Part shown: piece by piece, positions 48,538 through 58,205 of the stretch
How positions within the stretch are numbered: position 1 is the stretch's first letter
Layout: each line of letters starts with the position of its first letter
Source of the DNA: Rhodothermales bacterium
GTDB taxonomy: Bacteria > Bacteroidota > Rhodothermia > Rhodothermales > JABDKH01
Reading direction: 5' to 3'
NCBI GenBank assembly: GCA_013002165.1
Contig: JABDKO010000076.1
Coordinates: 8-64,007, forward strand
DNA: 64,000 bases
Made by a program: the position numbers and the translations under genes
The notes under the pieces: generated by a model
What the model saw: only the letters and a program-made list of their open reading frames with translations
What the model was told of the DNA's origin: nothing
The model's database searches: none

Positions 48538-49734
48538 ATGTCCGTCTCGTTCTGGCAAAAATCTGCCTCTTCTGAACCGCAGAAATTCGATTATATCGTC
48601 GTTGGCGGCGGTGTTGTTGGCACGTCTGCTGCATACTGGTATTCGCGGTTAAACCCGGGAAGTCACATCGCCATCGTAGAGGCAAGGACACTGGCACGGG
48701 GCGCGAGTGGTCGGAATGCGGGCTTCGTTCTTCAGGGAACTGCTACAGACTTTCTTACCGACATCGAAAAATACGGCGAAAACCGGGCTGGAAAGTTGTA
48801 CCGGTTGACTGTTGAAAACAGAAACCTCATCGAATCCGAGCTCGACAAGGATACCATTCGTTTTGAACCAACCGGGTCAATTATTGCCGCTGCGACTCCC
48901 GATGAGAACAAGCGACTGCAGGAAAGCATCGGACCGCTTCGAAGCGCAGGAGGCCGGGCTGTTCATCTGTCTGCCTCCGAGGTAAACAGTCGCCTTTCGT
49001 CGAGAAAATTTCTTGGAGCACTGCTAGTCTCGACGGGAGGCAAGGTCGATCCTGTTCGTCTTGTCAACCACATTGCCTTGGAAAGCGGCGCATCGATAAG
49101 GGAGAACAGTATCGTAGAGGGAATGGAAATGCAGGGGGCCAATGTCTTCGTATATACCGGAGCCGAATTATTAACCGCACCCACAGTAACAGTTGCCCTT
49201 AATGCTTATCTGCCCAATTTATTTAGCGAGTTGTCCAGGTATGTCAGGCCCGTCAGGGCCCAGATGCTGGCGACCAGCCCTTCGACGGGACCGCGGCTTG
49301 GCTATCCTGTGTATTCTCACGAGGGATATTTTTACATCCGCCAGTCTCAAAGCGGACAATTGCTCGTCGGAGGTGCCCGACACCTTCATGTTCAGGAAGA
49401 GGTAGGCTACGAGGATACGACTACCCGGGCGTTGCAGAATGATCTCGAGGCATATATCCAATATTACTTCCCGGATCACGGCTATGAGTCCGTAGAAAGC
49501 AGGTGGTCAGGGGTAATGGGCTTCTCTCCGGACGGCCTGCCGTCGATTGGCAGGGTCCCGGGTCTTGTGGGCGATCAGTACTGGGCGGCTGGATTCACAG
49601 GCCACGGAATGAGCATAGGATTCCTGTTCGGACGGATCCTGGCGAAATTAGCCATGGGCTCTCAGCCCGTGGAAGCAAACCTCTTTGATGCCAGTCGAAT
49701 TGACGTCGAACGCCGTCAGGCAGCATCACGCTGA
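48538..49734 (+). CDS. FAD-dependent oxidoreductase (DAO/PuuB-like)
   Basis: VVGGGVVG, GASGRNAG, WSGVMGFSPDGLP and GFTGHG. Confidence 0.88.
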   Translation: MSVSFWQKSASSEPQKFDYIVVGGGVVGTSAAYWYSRLNPGSHIAIVEARTLARGASGRNAGFVLQGTATDFLTDIEKYGENRAGKLYRLTVENRNLIESELDKDTIRFEPTGSIIAAATPDENKRLQESIGPLRSAGGRAVHLSASEVNSRLSSRKFLGALLVSTGGKVDPVRLVNHIALESGASIRENSIVEGMEMQGANVFVYTGAELLTAPTVTVALNAYLPNLFSELSRYVRPVRAQMLATSPSTGPRLGYPVYSHEGYFYIRQSQSGQLLVGGARHLHVQEEVGYEDTTTRALQNDLEAYIQYYFPDHGYESVESRWSGVMGFSPDGLPSIGRVPGLVGDQYWAAGFTGHGMSIGFLFGRILAKLAMGSQPVEANLFDASRIDVERRQAASR

Positions 49735-50147
49735 ATTTCAAAGCCGTTGATTTCCATTGCCCGATGAAGCGCAGAGATTCTCTGATCGAGATCCTGCATT
49801 TCCGTATAGGTCTGCTCGGACGTTTTGCTCAACACCCGTCCGAACTCCTTTAGCGCCCGCTTCTGATTGGCAATCTGATCACGATCAGCATCGGACAGGT
49901 CAGCTGAGCTGTTCGATTCGATCATTGAAATGCGACGCTGGACAGCATCAAGTTCAGAGCTGATCTTCTCGATCGCATCGTTTGAGACTCCAACTTCTGC
50001 CGGATTCAGACTCGCATTCTCCAGGGTCTCTCGAGCGGACAAAAGAGCCGCACGGTCACGCTGTACTTCTCGAAAGAGGTATACCGAAAAGAAGAGGATC
50101 GCAACGGTCGGGATTTGTAGAACAATGAGGACAAGGATGGAATCCAT
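49716..50147 (-). CDS. Hypothetical membrane-anchored coiled-coil protein
   Basis: N-terminal TM ILVLIVLQIPTVAILFFSVYLF followed by heptad-like helices; preceded by a sigma28-like promoter. Confidence 0.65.
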   Translation of the reverse strand: MDSILVLIVLQIPTVAILFFSVYLFREVQRDRAALLSARETLENASLNPAEVGVSNDAIEKISSELDAVQRRISMIESNSSADLSDADRDQIANQKRALKEFGRVLSKTSEQTYTEMQDLDQRISALHRAMEINGFEIQRDAA

Positions 50148-50195
50148 TGGAAGAGGTGTTTTACGGGTTTATGAGACGGGGCCTACACTGATGAA

Positions 50196-50222
50196 ATATC
50201 GACCAATTCGCGAGTAAATTAA
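50196..50222 (-). promoter_or_regulatory. sigma28-like promoter for the coiled-coil gene
   Basis: Minus strand reads TTAA-N15-GTCGATAT. Confidence 0.45.
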
Positions 50223-50293
50223 GACCTGATTCTTAAGAACTACCCGTGGCTGAATGCCTTTGATATCTGGCGCCGATCGGGCAATTCACCGGC

Positions 50294-50320
50294 TTAACCC
50301 GAGTATTTCGTAGCCGATAC
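50294..50320 (+). promoter_or_regulatory. sigma28-like promoter upstream of pilB
   Basis: TTAA-CCCGAGTATTTCGTA (15 nt)-GCCGATAC. Confidence 0.5.
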
Positions 50321-50385
50321 CGCCATTACCCGTTCACGCAGTGGAAATCCACGCTGCAAAGGTCCGAATTGCGTACTCGATCAAG

Positions 50386-52587
50386 ATGAAGAAAAAGTCT
50401 ACCGTCTCAAAGCTCAAAGATCAGATCAGCAGAATAAGCCAGCTTCTGGACGACACCGAAGCAGGATCGCAAGAGTTGACTGAGCCTGACACTTTCTTCG
50501 ACAACAATGAGCAGAAGGAGACGGAGAGTCGTGTGCACCAGCCACAGTCATTCGATGCTACCGATGATGAGCCCGTCTTCTTTGAATCGATCGTTGACGA
50601 TCAGCCAGCAGACTATTCTGTAACCGATTACGAAAACGGCTTCGAGGCCGAAGCTGTCGATGAGACGCCGGCTGCCCCGGCATCCCCGGATGCCGATTTT
50701 CAGAATTCATACGAATCAGATCCCGAGAAGGACAAAGCCGACGAATTTGTCGAGTTCGACGATGTAGACGCCGGCGCCATCATCAGTGGGACCGGACTCG
50801 ACGTGCGGGATCGAGTCGTCAACCAACTCCTGACCAAGGGCCTGATTGACAAGAACCAGCTATACAAGAGTTGGGAAGAATGGAAGCGCGTGCGCGAAGA
50901 CGGATACCGGATCTCCCTTTGGAGAGTGCTTACCCTGGATCCCGACCTGGATCGTGAACTGATCTACGAAGAGGCAGCACGCGTATATGCCTTCAAACCG
51001 GCTAACGTATCCAAGCAAGATGCATTAACCTTTCTGACCCGCGTAGCCGACTCCTTCGAAGATCGATTTCTGGACAAGATGGTGCAGAATTTTCTGATCC
51101 CGATCAGCCAGGAAGCAGACCCGCGTACCGGCGAACGCAAGTGGATCTTCACGACCCACGACCCGACACGTCCCGAAGTACACAAACTGCTCCGGGACAT
51201 GCGTATCAAGCGGTTCGAACTGACGTTCTCTCCGGAGGCGTTCGTTGTGGGTCTCGTCACCGAGGGCCTGCTTTCAAAAAACGAATATCTGGAACGACTC
51301 AACGCAGATCCGCTGGTCTACGATCTGGGTATGACGTACGAGGAGCCGGAGATCGATGAAGAAAAGCTGGATGCTGAGATCAATCGATCGTCACTTATCA
51401 ACCTGTTCGAAGCAACGCTGGTCGAAGCGGTTAACCGCGGTGCTTCCGATGTTCACATCTTTCCGAATGCCAAGTCGAAAATCGAAATTCACTTTCGGGT
51501 AGATGGAGAGCTTGTACTGTGGCACAAGGAAGAACGTATTCATCCGGAAGCCATGCTTGCTGTTGTCAAGGACAACTCGATGAACGTGGATCGATTCGAG
51601 CGAGACACTGCACAGGACGGCTTCATCCAGAGAAAGGTTGCTGATACGGTCATCAGGTTTCGAGTCTCGGTGATCCCTATCGCCACCCACACAGCGGGCA
51701 TTAATGCTGAGAGCATAGTCATCCGGGTTCTGGATGATCGCAAAGTGCTTACGGACATCAGCAAGGTTGGTATGCAAAAGAACAATCTTGATCGATTCAA
51801 CCGCGCCATTCGTCAGCCCTACGGGATGATTATTCTGACAGGGCCAACTGGATCGGGCAAGAGCACAACACTTGTCGCAGCCTTGCACCAGGTCATTACG
51901 CCGAAGGTCAATGTTCTGACTATTGAAGATCCTGTCGAATACCTTATTAAAGGTGTGCGTCAGGTAAAGCTCAGTCACAATCTCGACATGGGTGGAGCAC
52001 TTCGATCGCTACTTCGCCATGATCCGGATATTGTTATGGTCGGGGAGATGCGTGACAAGGAAACGGCTGAACTTGCAATCAAGTTGGCGAACACGGGTCA
52101 CGTGACGTTCTCGACATTGCATACCAACGATGCGCCAAGTGCTGTAAGTAGGCTTTACAAAATGGGAATCGAGCCATTCCTGATCGCCTACGCCATCAAT
52201 ATGGTGGTTGCTCAGCGACTGATGAGGAAGTTGTGCTCAAAATGCAAAGTGCCAGCCGATCCGCGAAGATACAACGATCAGCTCATGGCGTATCTGGGTT
52301 TCACAGACGAGGATCGGAACATACAACTGTTTACAGCGCCACAGAACAATACGTGCCCTGAATGCAGCGGAGGCGGTTACCGGGGTCGTCGTGCAATTAC
52401 CGAAACTCTTGATTTTTCGGATTCTGTACGTTCAATCATCCTTCAGGCGAAGGACATGATCGACGAAGGCGCAATCCGCAAGCAGGCTATTGAGGAAGGT
52501 ATGATGACCCTGAAAAACGTCGGCAAGCTTGTCGTACTATCCGGCGAAAGTTCGATCGAAGAACTTGTTCGGGTCACGGGACTTTAG
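50386..52587 (+). CDS. pilB: Type IV pilus / T2SS assembly ATPase (PilB/GspE family) with acidic N-terminal extension
   Basis: ASDVHI, GPTGSGKST, TIEDPVE, LRHDPDIVMVGEMRD, TGH...STLHTND, and a CxxC...CxxC zinc motif. Confidence 0.88.
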   Translation: MKKKSTVSKLKDQISRISQLLDDTEAGSQELTEPDTFFDNNEQKETESRVHQPQSFDATDDEPVFFESIVDDQPADYSVTDYENGFEAEAVDETPAAPASPDADFQNSYESDPEKDKADEFVEFDDVDAGAIISGTGLDVRDRVVNQLLTKGLIDKNQLYKSWEEWKRVREDGYRISLWRVLTLDPDLDRELIYEEAARVYAFKPANVSKQDALTFLTRVADSFEDRFLDKMVQNFLIPISQEADPRTGERKWIFTTHDPTRPEVHKLLRDMRIKRFELTFSPEAFVVGLVTEGLLSKNEYLERLNADPLVYDLGMTYEEPEIDEEKLDAEINRSSLINLFEATLVEAVNRGASDVHIFPNAKSKIEIHFRVDGELVLWHKEERIHPEAMLAVVKDNSMNVDRFERDTAQDGFIQRKVADTVIRFRVSVIPIATHTAGINAESIVIRVLDDRKVLTDISKVGMQKNNLDRFNRAIRQPYGMIILTGPTGSGKSTTLVAALHQVITPKVNVLTIEDPVEYLIKGVRQVKLSHNLDMGGALRSLLRHDPDIVMVGEMRDKETAELAIKLANTGHVTFSTLHTNDAPSAVSRLYKMGIEPFLIAYAINMVVAQRLMRKLCSKCKVPADPRRYNDQLMAYLGFTDEDRNIQLFTAPQNNTCPECSGGGYRGRRAITETLDFSDSVRSIILQAKDMIDEGAIRKQAIEEGMMTLKNVGKLVVLSGESSIEELVRVTGL

Positions 52588-53350
52588 GCATCGAGTCCGG
52601 TACTTCTACTCGAAGCGAATCCAGAATCACCTCACTGACGAGTTCGACGGCTCCTTCATTAAAAAGGCTCGAGAACAGGTGGACGTTGCTGCCGATGGAA
52701 TCAGGTTCAGCTCGATAGTTCAGATAGTCTGCAAACAGCACACCGCCGACTCGGCGTCGATTCACTGCCTTGCGAAATCTTGATCCACCACCATCGGTGT
52801 GATAGAAGTAAGCCAGATAGTCTATCGTGTCGTCTTCTGGATGAATCCAGTAGACAAATCTATCCTCGTAATCGCGACCGCCGTTAGCCTGCATGAACGT
52901 GACTTCAAGAGTCTCGTAACTCACTCCATCAACAGTCGTTCTACCAAGATATTTCGGAATGACTGCCGGATCGGTAAGCTGGTATGGAAGGAGGGCGAAA
53001 TAAACGACCGAGTTTACGTCCGTTTCAATAGAGTTCCTGCGCTTCTCAACTTGCTCGACCAGGTTACCATTTTCGTATCGGTAGACACCGCTATTGTCCA
53101 GCACTTCGAGAACTCTGCCGGTGGAGTCGGCAAAGCCGCGGCTGTACCTGAACAGGCCGTCATATCGCCATACCTCAAAATGCTTGTCTCGAAAATTGAA
53201 GCTGACGTGAGTTCTGTCGAGGAGATGTTTACCCTGGTGTTCGGTGAGGCGTTCAATCAAGGACGACTCGGTAGGCTCGGGCGGTTGGCACGAACTTAGC
53301 AATACAATCCAAAAAGCAAGAAGAACGGAAAAGCTGCGTAGGACAAGCAT
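52574..53350 (-). CDS. Conserved FCB-group lipoprotein (DUF6503-like)
   Basis: Lipobox LLSSC; NSVVYFALLPYQLTDPAV, GGRDYEDRFVYWI, YLAY and RFRKAVN. Confidence 0.65.
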   Translation of the reverse strand: MLVLRSFSVLLAFWIVLLSSCQPPEPTESSLIERLTEHQGKHLLDRTHVSFNFRDKHFEVWRYDGLFRYSRGFADSTGRVLEVLDNSGVYRYENGNLVEQVEKRRNSIETDVNSVVYFALLPYQLTDPAVIPKYLGRTTVDGVSYETLEVTFMQANGGRDYEDRFVYWIHPEDDTIDYLAYFYHTDGGGSRFRKAVNRRRVGGVLFADYLNYRAEPDSIGSNVHLFSSLFNEGAVELVSEVILDSLRVEVPDSMPKVP

Positions 53351-53564
53351 TGTCAGGAGCCTCTATGTGAGGGCTTCGTTAGCATGAATTAATTCAATAG
53401 TTCCAGCGCGTTGGAACTGACACCGGCATCGACAGTGATAAACGAGTATAATACATAGTCTGCCGCATACGTTATGATGTTTTGGTCGTCAAAATCGAAT
53501 TGATCGTTACAATGGATGTCGACCAGATGGCAGATTTTACATTAACTCAAAATACAGATCAGAA

Positions 53565-53849
53565 GTGACGAAAGCTGACATTGTTGATCGAATTGCGTCG
53601 GCTACTGGATTGACCAAGCTCGAAACGGAAGCCGTAGTTAACGGTTTTATGGAAAGTGTTCGGGACGCCCTGATCGAAGGGGATACGGTACACCTCCGCG
53701 GTTTTGGATCATTCAAATCGGAGCACCGGGCTCCGCGAACAGCCCGAAATCCGCGTACAAATGTAGAGGTAAAGATTGGCGAGCGATACGTCCCTGTTTT
53801 TAAGCCCTCTCGAGATTTGCGTGACGCAGTAGACAAAGCATCCAGGTAG
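53565..53849 (+). CDS. hup: HU/IHF-family DNA-binding protein
   Basis: TKADIV, LRGFGSF, RTARNPRT and PVFKPS. Confidence 0.93.
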   Translation: MTKADIVDRIASATGLTKLETEAVVNGFMESVRDALIEGDTVHLRGFGSFKSEHRAPRTARNPRTNVEVKIGERYVPVFKPSRDLRDAVDKASR

Positions 53850-53867
53850 TTTAAACGAAACGAGTGT

Positions 53868-54854
53868 ATGACGACCAGGACTGGAGTGTGCCCGGCATGC
53901 GGGGCGCACCTTTCAAAGGAAGACAAAGTATGCCAGCTTTGCGGCGAGGTGATTGCGCCGGCTGGTATCGGTGCTGCCGATACTGAGGAGAACAGCCCTG
54001 AGGCAAATTCCGCGCAATTGCCTGCCGCTGCTGCCGTTTTCCAGGAGCTTCCGAAGCCAGTGGAGGCAGCCGATGCAGACTCCACGAAACCGGAGACGGG
54101 TGTAGCAGAGGGGAGTAGCGGAATTGGCGCAATCGTTCTTCTCGCAGGGCTTCTGCTGGTTGTAGGATTGTATCTGATTAGTTCCGTCTCTGGTAGCAAG
54201 CCTGCCGAGGTTCCCGATCAGGCATCTGTTGGCGCTCTGGCACCGCCCCCTGAGCCGGAAGTGCCACCGCTACGGGACGAACTTGTCCAGCAGGTTGCAA
54301 CGATACGAGCCGAAGCAGACCGACGTGCAGGCACGTCCCGCCTCGACAAGCTTCGCGAACTTGCGGTCCTGTATCAGACGGAGGGTCGGTACGATCTTGC
54401 AGGCGACGTACAGACTGAGATCGCTGCAGAATCATCGATGGAGATAGACTGGGTCAGGGCCGGCAATCTGTACTACGACTGGATGGAGTCGCGTCAGGGC
54501 CCCGGAAAGTCCTACTATGCAAAAAAAGCAATAACGTCATACCAGGAAGCCTTGACGATCAATCCAAACAATCTTGACGTGCGGACAGATATGGCCGTTG
54601 CCTACCTTTTTGATCCGGACAATCCGATGCAGGCGATCATCAATACCAATCAGGTCCTTCAGGCTGACTCGATGCATCTTCAGGCTAATTTCAATCGAGG
54701 TATAATGCTGATGCAAATCAACCGAATGGAGGATGCAGTTACGCAATTCAAAAAGGTGATGCGATTGGAACCTGAACCAACTCATCCTGTGCACCAGCGA
54801 GCCTCCGAAGCAATACGACTCATTGAGTCACGCTCAGAAGGAAATGCTCCCTGA
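53868..54854 (+). CDS. Zinc-ribbon + TM + TPR-repeat protein
   Basis: CPACG...CQLCG, central TM helix, C-terminal TPRs (YQEALTINPNNLDVR, ANFNRG). Confidence 0.8.
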   Translation: MTTRTGVCPACGAHLSKEDKVCQLCGEVIAPAGIGAADTEENSPEANSAQLPAAAAVFQELPKPVEAADADSTKPETGVAEGSSGIGAIVLLAGLLLVVGLYLISSVSGSKPAEVPDQASVGALAPPPEPEVPPLRDELVQQVATIRAEADRRAGTSRLDKLRELAVLYQTEGRYDLAGDVQTEIAAESSMEIDWVRAGNLYYDWMESRQGPGKSYYAKKAITSYQEALTINPNNLDVRTDMAVAYLFDPDNPMQAIINTNQVLQADSMHLQANFNRGIMLMQINRMEDAVTQFKKVMRLEPEPTHPVHQRASEAIRLIESRSEGNAP

Positions 54855-55611
54855 ACCGAGTCATTGCTCACGACTCCTGATGCCATGCGTCACAATTCTC
54901 CTGGTTTCGCTTTCGGTTTCTTGTCGCCAGGCGCCTGATAAGGAGTCGGTTGTTCTGTTCGCCGCTTCGTCACTTACGGATGTCGCCGACTCGTTGCATC
55001 AGCGACTCGCCGTGCGCTATCCCGATACTGACTTTGCGGTACATGTTGCCGGCAGCTCATTGCTCGCCCGCCAGATCGAATCGGGGGCAAAGTTCGATAT
55101 CTATCTTTCAGCCAACTCATCATGGATGACAAGGCTCGATCAGAAGAATATGCTTCTTAGATTTGACACGCTGCGGTATACGAATTCTCTGGTACTGGTT
55201 GGTACCGATCTTGACGCGACTCACGGAGCATCCGAGGTTCTGGACAGTGCAGAGCGTCTAGGTGTAGGCGATCCCGATCACGTGCCTGCAGGAATCTATG
55301 CCCGCGAATCATTGACGTGTATGAACAAGTGGGCCGAGGTCAAAGATCGTTTGATTCCCATGCTGGATGTCAGATCCGTTATCGTCGCTGTCAGTAATGG
55401 CTCGGTTGACGCCGGGATCGTGTACTCCACCGACGGTATGGCGACCGATCTGGATCAGTTGCCTATGGATCACGATTGTCAGCCGGATATAACTTACACG
55501 ATCGGTGCCAGTCGCCGGTCAGGCGCTCTCACTCTTGCAGTTTATGATTATTTAGCTGGAAGGGGAGATGCGGCGGTTTGGGCTCATTATGGTTTTATTG
55601 AGAGACAATGA
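54844..55611 (+). CDS. modA: Molybdate ABC transporter substrate-binding protein
   Basis: FAASSL, GSSLLARQIESGA, DIYLSAN, VPAGIYA and GIVYSTD. Start uncertain. Confidence 0.9.
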   Translation: MLPEPSHCSRLLMPCVTILLVSLSVSCRQAPDKESVVLFAASSLTDVADSLHQRLAVRYPDTDFAVHVAGSSLLARQIESGAKFDIYLSANSSWMTRLDQKNMLLRFDTLRYTNSLVLVGTDLDATHGASEVLDSAERLGVGDPDHVPAGIYARESLTCMNKWAEVKDRLIPMLDVRSVIVAVSNGSVDAGIVYSTDGMATDLDQLPMDHDCQPDITYTIGASRRSGALTLAVYDYLAGRGDAAVWAHYGFIERQ

Positions 55612-56297
55612 CCGAGTGGGGCACAATATATCTCTCGATACGTGTAGCTCTCGTAGCTACACTGGCGATACTCCCCCTGGGTATTTTAACCGCATACGGA
55701 TTGGCCCGGAACAAGTTAAGACCAGTATTTCTTTTTGAGAATCTGATCCAGTTACCACTCGTTCTGCCACCCGTCGTGACAGGTTTTTTCCTGCTATTTC
55801 TTCTAAGCCCCGACGGCTTCCTCGGAAGGCCTCTTGCCTTGCTGGGTTTAACTGTGCCGTTTACGCAGACCGCCGCCTCACTTGCAGCAGCGATCGTTGC
55901 ATTTCCTCTAATGGTTCAGCCGGTGCGTGTAGCGTTTGAACAGATTGATCCCGAATGGGAAGAGGCAGGCTACGTTTACGGCGGTACAAGGTGGACTGTA
56001 TTCAGAATGGTTACATTGCCTCTCGCCGGGCGCGGCGTAGCAGCAGGCATCATCCTGGCATTTGCAAGGGCGCTTGGAGAATTCGGAGCAACGATAGTTC
56101 TAGCCGGCAACATACCCGGCGTGAGCAGGACGATTCCCCTCGCAATATTTACCGAGTTAAATCGTTTGGAAGGTCAAGGTATGGCTATACGATTGGCCCT
56201 CGTCGCGGTGGGTATCTCTGTTGCCAGTCTCGCCGCGTATGCACTACTCACAAGAAAACTGTACAAGCATGATAAACCTGAGTCAGGTAGTTGGTAG
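55608..56297 (+). CDS. modB: Molybdate ABC transporter permease
   Basis: LPLVLPPVVTG, FPLMV, FARALGEFGAT and GNIPG. Confidence 0.93.
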   Translation: MTEWGTIYLSIRVALVATLAILPLGILTAYGLARNKLRPVFLFENLIQLPLVLPPVVTGFFLLFLLSPDGFLGRPLALLGLTVPFTQTAASLAAAIVAFPLMVQPVRVAFEQIDPEWEEAGYVYGGTRWTVFRMVTLPLAGRGVAAGIILAFARALGEFGATIVLAGNIPGVSRTIPLAIFTELNRLEGQGMAIRLALVAVGISVASLAAYALLTRKLYKHDKPESGSW

Positions 56298-56736
56298 CAG
56301 ATCGCGACGACCAGTGGTTTTCGTGGCAACGGTGTTCCTCCTGGGCCTGTTAATTGTAGCGACAGGCTGTAGCTCTCAATCTACAGTGCGAGACTTTTCC
56401 GACCTGACGGGGACACAGTGGGAAATGACATCGATGATTGTTGCAACGGCAGAATTCCCCGGAAGCCCGGGTGACTTCAATCTCGAAATTGGCACAAAAT
56501 CGGTTTCTGGTCGAAGCGACTGCAATCTGTGGTCTGCCGACTTCCTTTCGGGTAGCGACAATGACCTTACGATCGAGAATATGATTTCCACTGAGATCGC
56601 ATGTCCTCCGACATCTATCGAGGGCCCTTATTTCGATTTGCTGATGCGCATCTCCACGTTCGAATCAGTCAATAAAACCCTGATCTTGAGAGCAGACAAT
56701 TTCGACCAGATCATGTACCGACAAATAGAAAGCTAG
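56269..56736 (+). CDS. META/HslJ-domain lipoprotein
   Basis: Lipobox VATGC; LTGTQW, SGRSDCN and STEIAC. Confidence 0.8.
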   Translation: MINLSQVVGSRSRRPVVFVATVFLLGLLIVATGCSSQSTVRDFSDLTGTQWEMTSMIVATAEFPGSPGDFNLEIGTKSVSGRSDCNLWSADFLSGSDNDLTIENMISTEIACPPTSIEGPYFDLLMRISTFESVNKTLILRADNFDQIMYRQIES

Positions 56737-56779
56737 AACGACATTTGCAGATTCGTATATTCGGTTCAAACCGAACGAT

Positions 56780-57442
56780 ATGAACCACGTCTTTTCTGAG
56801 TCAGATCATAAGCGAATAGAGGAGAGCGTAGCACGCGCTGAATCGCGCACGTCGGGGGAAATCGTCCCCTACCTGGTTACGTCGAGTGATGCCTACTCGA
56901 TTGCGCGATGGCGATCTGGAATGGTATTTCTCATGGCGTCGATGGCAATCTGCTACGGAATAAAGAGCCTGTACTCAGGTTGGGACATTGGCTGGTTATA
57001 CTCAGCAATTGGGCTGACCGTCGTAGGGACGATAGCCGTCATTGCCGGTGTGCTGGCCGTCGAGTTGATTCCCGCACTCAAAAGGCTGTTTGTTGGCCGC
57101 GACGTATTGGACAGAATGGTTTACCTCTCAGCGATGACAGCATTTGTTGAGGAGGAAGTATTCAAAACTGTTGATCGCACCGGTATTCTAATCTTCATGT
57201 CTACATTTGAGCGTCGTGTTCGCGTTGTCGGAGACGAAGGCATCAATTCCGTTGTCGAACAGGAAGAATGGGCAGAGGTCGTGCAGAAGATTGTTGCAGG
57301 ATTTCAGACCGGCAACGTGACAGACGGAATCGTTGCCGGAATTGATGCTAGCGGAGACCTGCTGGAGCGTCATGGCGTTGAAATAGCACCCGGAGACACG
57401 GATGAGTTGCCAAACCGGCTCCGAATCCGCAAGCGCATGTAG
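56780..57442 (+). CDS. TPM-domain membrane protein
   Basis: AESRTSGEIV, two TM helices, RTGILIF, GDEGI and DELPN. Confidence 0.85.
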   Translation: MNHVFSESDHKRIEESVARAESRTSGEIVPYLVTSSDAYSIARWRSGMVFLMASMAICYGIKSLYSGWDIGWLYSAIGLTVVGTIAVIAGVLAVELIPALKRLFVGRDVLDRMVYLSAMTAFVEEEVFKTVDRTGILIFMSTFERRVRVVGDEGINSVVEQEEWAEVVQKIVAGFQTGNVTDGIVAGIDASGDLLERHGVEIAPGDTDELPNRLRIRKRM

Positions 57443-57444
57443 CT

Positions 57445-57780
57445 CTACAGAAATCCGAGATCCAGCTTGGCTTCGTCGGACATCATCTCCATCGTATACG
57501 GAGGGTCAAAAGTTATTTCGACGTTTGCATCAACAATATCCTCTACTCCAAGTATCGCGTTTCGAACATCTCCCGGAAGCTGCCCGGCTGCCGGGCAGTT
57601 CGGCGCGGTCAACGTCATCCGGACATATACTGTGAAGTCGGGGTTGATGGTTACTTCGTAGATCAGCCCGAGGTCAACTATGTTGACAGGGATTTCGGGG
57701 TCGAACACGGTCCGAATAGCGTTCATCACCAGGGCGTCCATTTCGGTCCGTCCCGATTCGTTTGTGACAACTTCCATCAT
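57445..57780 (-). CDS. sufT: Fe-S assembly protein SufT (DUF59)
   Basis: DPEIPVNIVDLGLIY, MTLTAPNCP and MSDEAKL. Confidence 0.9.
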   Translation of the reverse strand: MMEVVTNESGRTEMDALVMNAIRTVFDPEIPVNIVDLGLIYEVTINPDFTVYVRMTLTAPNCPAAGQLPGDVRNAILGVEDIVDANVEITFDPPYTMEMMSDEAKLDLGFL

Positions 57781-58205
57781 GATGATGCGTCCTCACGTGC
57801 GTAGTTCTTAACTTGTTCGACCATCGCGCTGAGGCCGTTCTTCCGGGTAGGAGAAAGGTGTTCGTTCATTCCAATATCGTCCAGAAAGTCGAACCTGGCG
57901 TCCCGAATCTCGGATCTCTGCAATCCATCAAGGACGCGTACTACCAGCGCAACAAGGCCTCGTGTAATCGCCGCATCACTATCCGCCTTGAAAAACACTT
58001 TGTCGTTCCGATAGTCAGGTCTGAGCCAGACCTGCGACTGGCAGCCATGAATGCGGAAGGCTTCAGTCTTGTACTCATCTTCGATTTTGTTCAACGATTC
58101 TCCAAGTTCGATCAAATACTCGTACCTCTCGAACCAGTCATCGAAAAGCGCGAACTCCTCAACGATTTCCCGCTCTCTTTCTGCAATGCTCTGTACCGCG
58201 GTCAT
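57777..58205 (-). CDS. sufE: Cysteine desulfuration protein SufE
   Basis: YEYLIELG, GCQSQVW, DSDAAITRG and LSPTRKNG. Confidence 0.95.
   Translation of the reverse strand: MTAVQSIAEREREIVEEFALFDDWFERYEYLIELGESLNKIEDEYKTEAFRIHGCQSQVWLRPDYRNDKVFFKADSDAAITRGLVALVVRVLDGLQRSEIRDARFDFLDDIGMNEHLSPTRKNGLSAMVEQVKNYAREDASS

Noticed and set aside
53351-53564. Weak hairpins upstream of hup as a possible ncRNA or tRNA
   Set aside because: Stems are short and imperfect, with no cloverleaf or recognisable riboswitch motif.
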